Source: a virus | Taxonomy: Duplodnaviria > Caudoviricetes | IMG/VR virus record: IMGVR_UViG_3300036794_000036 | Span: 1-50,480 of that record | Direction: 5' to 3' (one strand) | DNA length: 50,480 nucleotides | Shown: piece by piece, positions 46,456 to 50,480 of the stretch | Layout of the letters: each line of letters starts with the position of its first letter | Numbering within the stretch: the stretch's first letter is position 1 | Program-made: the position numbers and the translations under genes | The notes under the pieces: model-generated | What the model was told of the DNA's origin: nothing | Seen by the model: the letters and a program-made list of their open reading frames with translations, nothing else | Databases searched by the model: none

Positions 46456-46492
46456 CGACTCTTATCTCCTAGAAGTTCGCGTTTTGTAAGCG

Positions 46493-46723
46493 CTACTGGC
46501 CTACAGGTGCAGAGCCAGGGATCTGAACGATCAACGGGGCTGCCCCCGAAGGACGCTCTACGGTCTGTGACGGTGCTCGTCCGGAACGAACCTCTGACAA
46601 GGTGTACTGTCGAGGCTGTTCAATTGGCTTATGGCAGCTTGGGCATGTGGTTCCAAACCCACCATTGATCCCACACATACTACACTCGAACTGCGGCTCC
46701 TGCGGTGTTTGCTGATCTGACAT
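46493..46723 (-). CDS. small Zn-ribbon protein
   Basis: AAGGAG RBS; FECSMCG...CPSCH. Confidence 0.7.
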   Translation of the reverse strand: MSDQQTPQEPQFECSMCGINGGFGTTCPSCHKPIEQPRQYTLSEVRSGRAPSQTVERPSGAAPLIVQIPGSAPVGQ

Positions 46724-46732
46724 ACTGTCTCC

Positions 46733-49700
46733 TTAGTAGAGGCCCAAGAACATGTGATTGTCCGGGGCGTTGTCTGCGTTTACTCTTGCCTGCTCTTGCG
46801 GACTCTTGTAGTGAGTGCCGTCGAGGTTCAGCATGTCGCTGTTGCGAGCAATACCATCCTCATCTATTAGTTCACGTTGCTCCCTCGGAGAAAAGTGCTT
46901 ACCGGCCAGTCGTTCGTTGCGAGCAAGCTTCTCGCTCTGCAAGTGCTCGCGTACGGCACGAAGGCGATCATCCTTTTCAGCGATGTCGGCGATGCTCCTC
47001 GACTGTATAGCAGCGCGAGCCATCTCAGCGCGGCGCGGAGAGAGATCATCGGCGTCATCGTCTTCGTTGAGCCACTCCAGATCGATCCCGGCCTCGTGCT
47101 CCATGCCCTCTTCCTCAGTCACCCAGTCATGACCGCAGCGGAAGCAACTGTGTTCGGTCGCCTCGGGCGTGATCATGGATGATGTGAATTCGCGGTGGCC
47201 ACAGCGCGGGCAGTCAGGGTCAACGCTCGACTGAGCGGCCATCTGCGGTTCGCTAGCGGCCTGCTCATCCGTTGTCTGACCTGATGGCGGCACCTGAGCG
47301 TGTCCTGGGGCTGCGGAACCCGGAGGAGGTTCATTTCCCTGTTCGTCAGCCGTCTGACCGATGGGTTCGAATGAAAGCTGCCGCATTTCCATGTCCTGTC
47401 GTGAGATCGGCGTGCTTGACGTAAGAGTGTTCGGATCGTGCTGGCTCGGGTCGTTGGCGTATGTGCCAAGCAGCGTCACATCAATCCCGTCTGGCTTGAC
47501 TCGCTCGACGCGGATGAGATCGGGCAGCGTAAAGGTCGGGTTGACCATCTGGTACTGCTGGCCTGCCTTCAGAGGAGCGCCAGTGCTGTCCTTCCAGGTC
47601 AGGGATGAGTCCTCATCGCCTCCCTGGTTGGTCTGTCCTTCTTGCTCCGCAGCCGGTACGCCCATCGGGTTGCCTTGTGCATCTCCGCCGTGCTGACGCT
47701 CATCGCGTAGGGCGACCTTAGAGATGCTCGTCTGACCGTAGTTCTCGTCCGAGACGAGATCGCCGATTTTCCAGACGTGGCGGCATGAGTGGCAGCGTGC
47801 ATTGTGCTCTTGGTCACCGATGAGGCCGGTCGTCCCAGAGCCACACTTTGGGCAGCGCGGCGCGATGTTGTCAGCGGCAGTGAAGTCCGGCAAGAAGGAT
47901 GACATCGGCTGCATTGGCTGACCACCCGTTTCGCCAGGGGCCATACCCGGCACCGGCATGCCACCGGGAGCGCTAGGCTGCGGAGCAGGCGGTTGTGTCT
48001 GCTCTTCCGGCGTGACTGTTGGTGGCACGTTCGGGTTGCCCTGAACCTCTGCGAGGATCTTGGCGTATTCCGGGTTGCCTGGGTCAATCGGGACATTTGG
48101 TACCTCGTCTACGCGGCCCTCCTGAATGAGGTACTGCTGGACCGCAGCGATCTGCTCCGGGGTAACTGGACCCTGGTGGTTGGCAGAGTCAACGAATGAC
48201 GCTAGAAGATCGGTGTGTGCGAATGTCTGCGGTTGTGCGGCCTGGCTTGGTCCTCCTGGCAGCGGAGCCGCAGCCGGTGAAGCACCTGCGCCGCACTGAG
48301 GGCAAGATCCATCAGCCTGGGTCACTCCGCCACAGTGAGGGCAGTGACCTTGCTGTGCGCCTCCCCCTGGAGGGGTCTGTGAAGATGGTGCGCCTGGCTG
48401 AGGCTGCATGCTTGGGTTGAGCCCTGTGGGGTCAAGCGCCTGCTGCTGCGCCGTAAGGTTGCCTTGCTGCATCGGAGGCATGATTGACTGGTGTACAGCG
48501 GCGTGTACGTGTTCCGGCTTTTTCTTGTTGTGCATGAATCGTTCGGCTGCCTCGGCGTCAGCGCCGTTGAGGTAACCAGGATTTTCCGCCTCTAGCATTT
48601 CGTGTAGTCCCTGCAACATGGGGTCGCTTGCTCCTGACTCGTCCGAGTGGTAGTACTTTTCTATCAATGGCATGAGCATCTCCATGCGCTGAATTCCGGG
48701 ACCATCTGGTGCAAACTGTCCCTGGCTTGGCTTACCCATATCCTTGCGAACTTCATCCTCTCCCGATGCACCCGAATCCTGTAGGTTGGGATTCATCGGG
48801 TTCGAAGGGCTCTTATCCTGATCGTTGAACTCCTTTTGATCAACGTCCTCGGGGTCATCGTGTTTGACACCAATATCGGGAACCGATGATGGAGTTTCAT
48901 AATCAGCAAATCTACCGTGATGAGCTGGCCCTAGATCCGGAAGAGTGGCAGGATTCTTCCAAGGACCCTTACCTTGCTGACGATAACGATGGTCAAGGAG
49001 TTCATCTGCTCCCGGCATATCCTCCCACTCGCCGCCATCATACGGAATTGTGTAACCACAGTTCAAGCACTCTCCATAATCGTTCATACTCGAAGGGACA
49101 TGGCAATTGGGACAATCATGATTGGGAATTGAACCGCTCTCTGGGATTGCATGTCCACCAGGCAACTCTAGATCAGATGTTCTGGAATCGCTCTCTACGA
49201 AGGCCGCGAGGACGTGCGTGAACTGCTGGAGAGGACCCGAGTAGCCCCCGCCCCCGCCTTGCTGGCCCTGACCCATACCAAGCATGCCCTCCCCGACGCT
49301 TAGTCCCTGGTTCACTAGGCTGCTAACACCCTCGGCCTTCGCCAGACCCCCGGCTCCGCCCATGGCTTTGCTCATGAGTCCGCCTGCGGTGCCGGATGCC
49401 CCATCGGCTGCTGCCCCTGCCCCGGCTGCGCCAGCGGCCTCTCCTCCCAGGAGAGCACCGGCCTCTCCGGCATCGAGAGCCAGAGATGCTCCGCCCGTCT
49501 CTGGGGCGAGTGCGAGTCCAGCGACCGGCAACGCAGCCTCACCGAGGGTAGACCAGAAGTTTGCAGTACGTGCAGTGACCGGCTCGGGCTCAGGCATCGC
49601 TCCAGGAAGCGGCTCTAGCGTGTGTGCGTCAATTCCCGGAGGCGCAGTGACCTCCCCATTCTGGATCTTCGGAACCAATTCGTTGATCAACGTAGAGTGA

Positions 49701-50479
49701 CCGGCGGGGTGCTGGAGTGACTCGACAGCGGCAGGAAGGTGTGCAGGATCGTGGACCGCAACAACGACTGGTTTGCCGAAGTCCGGAGATGTGCGGAAGC
49801 CATATTTGGTGATGAGTTCGCCGCCGTGTCCCCTGACAGGCACGCCGTTGATATGTGCGTCGAGGAAGGAGAGGATGCCTTTGCGTCCCGTGTGCGCTCC
49901 GTGTACTCCAGCTTCACTCGGCTGAACCACAACCGAGTATGCCGGGCTCGGGGTTGGCGTGTTCTGGAGAGGACCCTGGTCGAACTGGACATCTGCCTTG
50001 CGCGACCAAAGCGTCTCGTACGGCTCCATGTTGTTGGTTCGTGAAGTGGTAGGCATAGCTGGAGTGAAGGGGAAGAATTTCTCCTCTACATGTTTCAGGC
50101 GCGGATCAGCCGCAATAAACGCCTCGGGCCTATGATCGGCGGGCGCGAAGATACTCCCATCGGGGTCGATTTCGACTCCGGTATCGGGGTCGAAATGCTC
50201 TGGGCTAACACCCAGCGATTCGACATACTGCGGATGTGTGAGTCCGGGCTGAGCTTGTAGATTGTTTGGATCGAGAATGTTCCAAGTATGAGGCTCACCC
50301 CCGATCACAAGACCTCGACCCTTCATTCCAGGGGTCCAGTTCAGATTTGTTCGAGGCTCGGGCTCTGGATTGCCTCCGAATACGATGTCACCCATTTCTC
50401 CCGCAACACGGACCGCACTCCAGGTATGAGTTGGCCCTTGAGGCAATGTCAACGTGCCTGGAGTGCGGTCCGTGTTGCG
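46733..50479 (-). CDS. very large low-complexity head-region protein with four Zn ribbons (5'-truncated)
   Basis: More than 1239 aa, with the frame open to the window edge; four CxxC..CxxC units; Gly/Ala segment LAPETGGASL. Confidence 0.8.
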   Translation of the reverse strand, partial: RNTDRTPGTLTLPQGPTHTWSAVRVAGEMGDIVFGGNPEPEPRTNLNWTPGMKGRGLVIGGEPHTWNILDPNNLQAQPGLTHPQYVESLGVSPEHFDPDTGVEIDPDGSIFAPADHRPEAFIAADPRLKHVEEKFFPFTPAMPTTSRTNNMEPYETLWSRKADVQFDQGPLQNTPTPSPAYSVVVQPSEAGVHGAHTGRKGILSFLDAHINGVPVRGHGGELITKYGFRTSPDFGKPVVVAVHDPAHLPAAVESLQHPAGHSTLINELVPKIQNGEVTAPPGIDAHTLEPLPGAMPEPEPVTARTANFWSTLGEAALPVAGLALAPETGGASLALDAGEAGALLGGEAAGAAGAGAAADGASGTAGGLMSKAMGGAGGLAKAEGVSSLVNQGLSVGEGMLGMGQGQQGGGGGYSGPLQQFTHVLAAFVESDSRTSDLELPGGHAIPESGSIPNHDCPNCHVPSSMNDYGECLNCGYTIPYDGGEWEDMPGADELLDHRYRQQGKGPWKNPATLPDLGPAHHGRFADYETPSSVPDIGVKHDDPEDVDQKEFNDQDKSPSNPMNPNLQDSGASGEDEVRKDMGKPSQGQFAPDGPGIQRMEMLMPLIEKYYHSDESGASDPMLQGLHEMLEAENPGYLNGADAEAAERFMHNKKKPEHVHAAVHQSIMPPMQQGNLTAQQQALDPTGLNPSMQPQPGAPSSQTPPGGGAQQGHCPHCGGVTQADGSCPQCGAGASPAAAPLPGGPSQAAQPQTFAHTDLLASFVDSANHQGPVTPEQIAAVQQYLIQEGRVDEVPNVPIDPGNPEYAKILAEVQGNPNVPPTVTPEEQTQPPAPQPSAPGGMPVPGMAPGETGGQPMQPMSSFLPDFTAADNIAPRCPKCGSGTTGLIGDQEHNARCHSCRHVWKIGDLVSDENYGQTSISKVALRDERQHGGDAQGNPMGVPAAEQEGQTNQGGDEDSSLTWKDSTGAPLKAGQQYQMVNPTFTLPDLIRVERVKPDGIDVTLLGTYANDPSQHDPNTLTSSTPISRQDMEMRQLSFEPIGQTADEQGNEPPPGSAAPGHAQVPPSGQTTDEQAASEPQMAAQSSVDPDCPRCGHREFTSSMITPEATEHSCFRCGHDWVTEEEGMEHEAGIDLEWLNEDDDADDLSPRRAEMARAAIQSRSIADIAEKDDRLRAVREHLQSEKLARNERLAGKHFSPREQRELIDEDGIARNSDMLNLDGTHYKSPQEQARVNADNAPDNHMFLGLY

Positions 50480-50480
50480 G
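50401..50480. repeat. 24-bp perfect inverted repeat ending exactly at the sequence end
   Basis: 50401-50424 (CCGCAACACGGACCGCACTCCAGG) is the reverse complement of 50457-50480. Confidence 0.95.

Noticed and set aside
49490-49520. APETG as a sortase LPxTG anchor
   Set aside because: It is internal, and is not followed by a TM helix and basic C-terminus.
1-50480. Alternative genetic code, DGR, integrase or tRNA genes
   Set aside because: Long genes read through cleanly in code 11 using all three stops. No RT, template/variable repeat pair, recombinase or cloverleaf was recognised by eye.

Overview
A 50.5-kb fragment of a large, GC-rich contractile-tailed (myovirus-type) phage genome. Its gene content and order resemble large actinobacterial myophages. 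Host-like secreted-protein motifs suggest a Thermoleophilia (Solirubrobacterales) host, which is an inference. Bases 1-8127 (+) are a replication/recombination operon: 3' end of DnaE, RecA/UvsX, Hjc-type and RuvC-type resolvases, a RecB/Cas4-like nuclease, a sigma-region-4 protein and an SNF2 helicase. Bases 8124-50480 are mostly a minus-strand virion operon: head proteins, protease/scaffold, capsid, neck, sheath, tube, frameshifted chaperone, tape measure, lytic hub, baseplate and PKD/CBM tail proteins. That operon is interrupted by plus-strand accessory genes, most with their own housekeeping-sigma, apparently leaderless promoters. Main observations: a paralog of gene 4390-5007 broken by a perfect 23-bp tandem duplication; two distinct promoter classes; a possible [K/R/H]-x-A protease-processed head polyprotein system; one beta-module inserted into four virion proteins; an HNH gene carrying its neighbours' promoters; a -1 frameshift site; and a fold-back at the contig end. 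No tRNA, rRNA, CRISPR array, integrase or reverse transcriptase was recognised. All family calls come from motif recognition by eye; no database searches were run.
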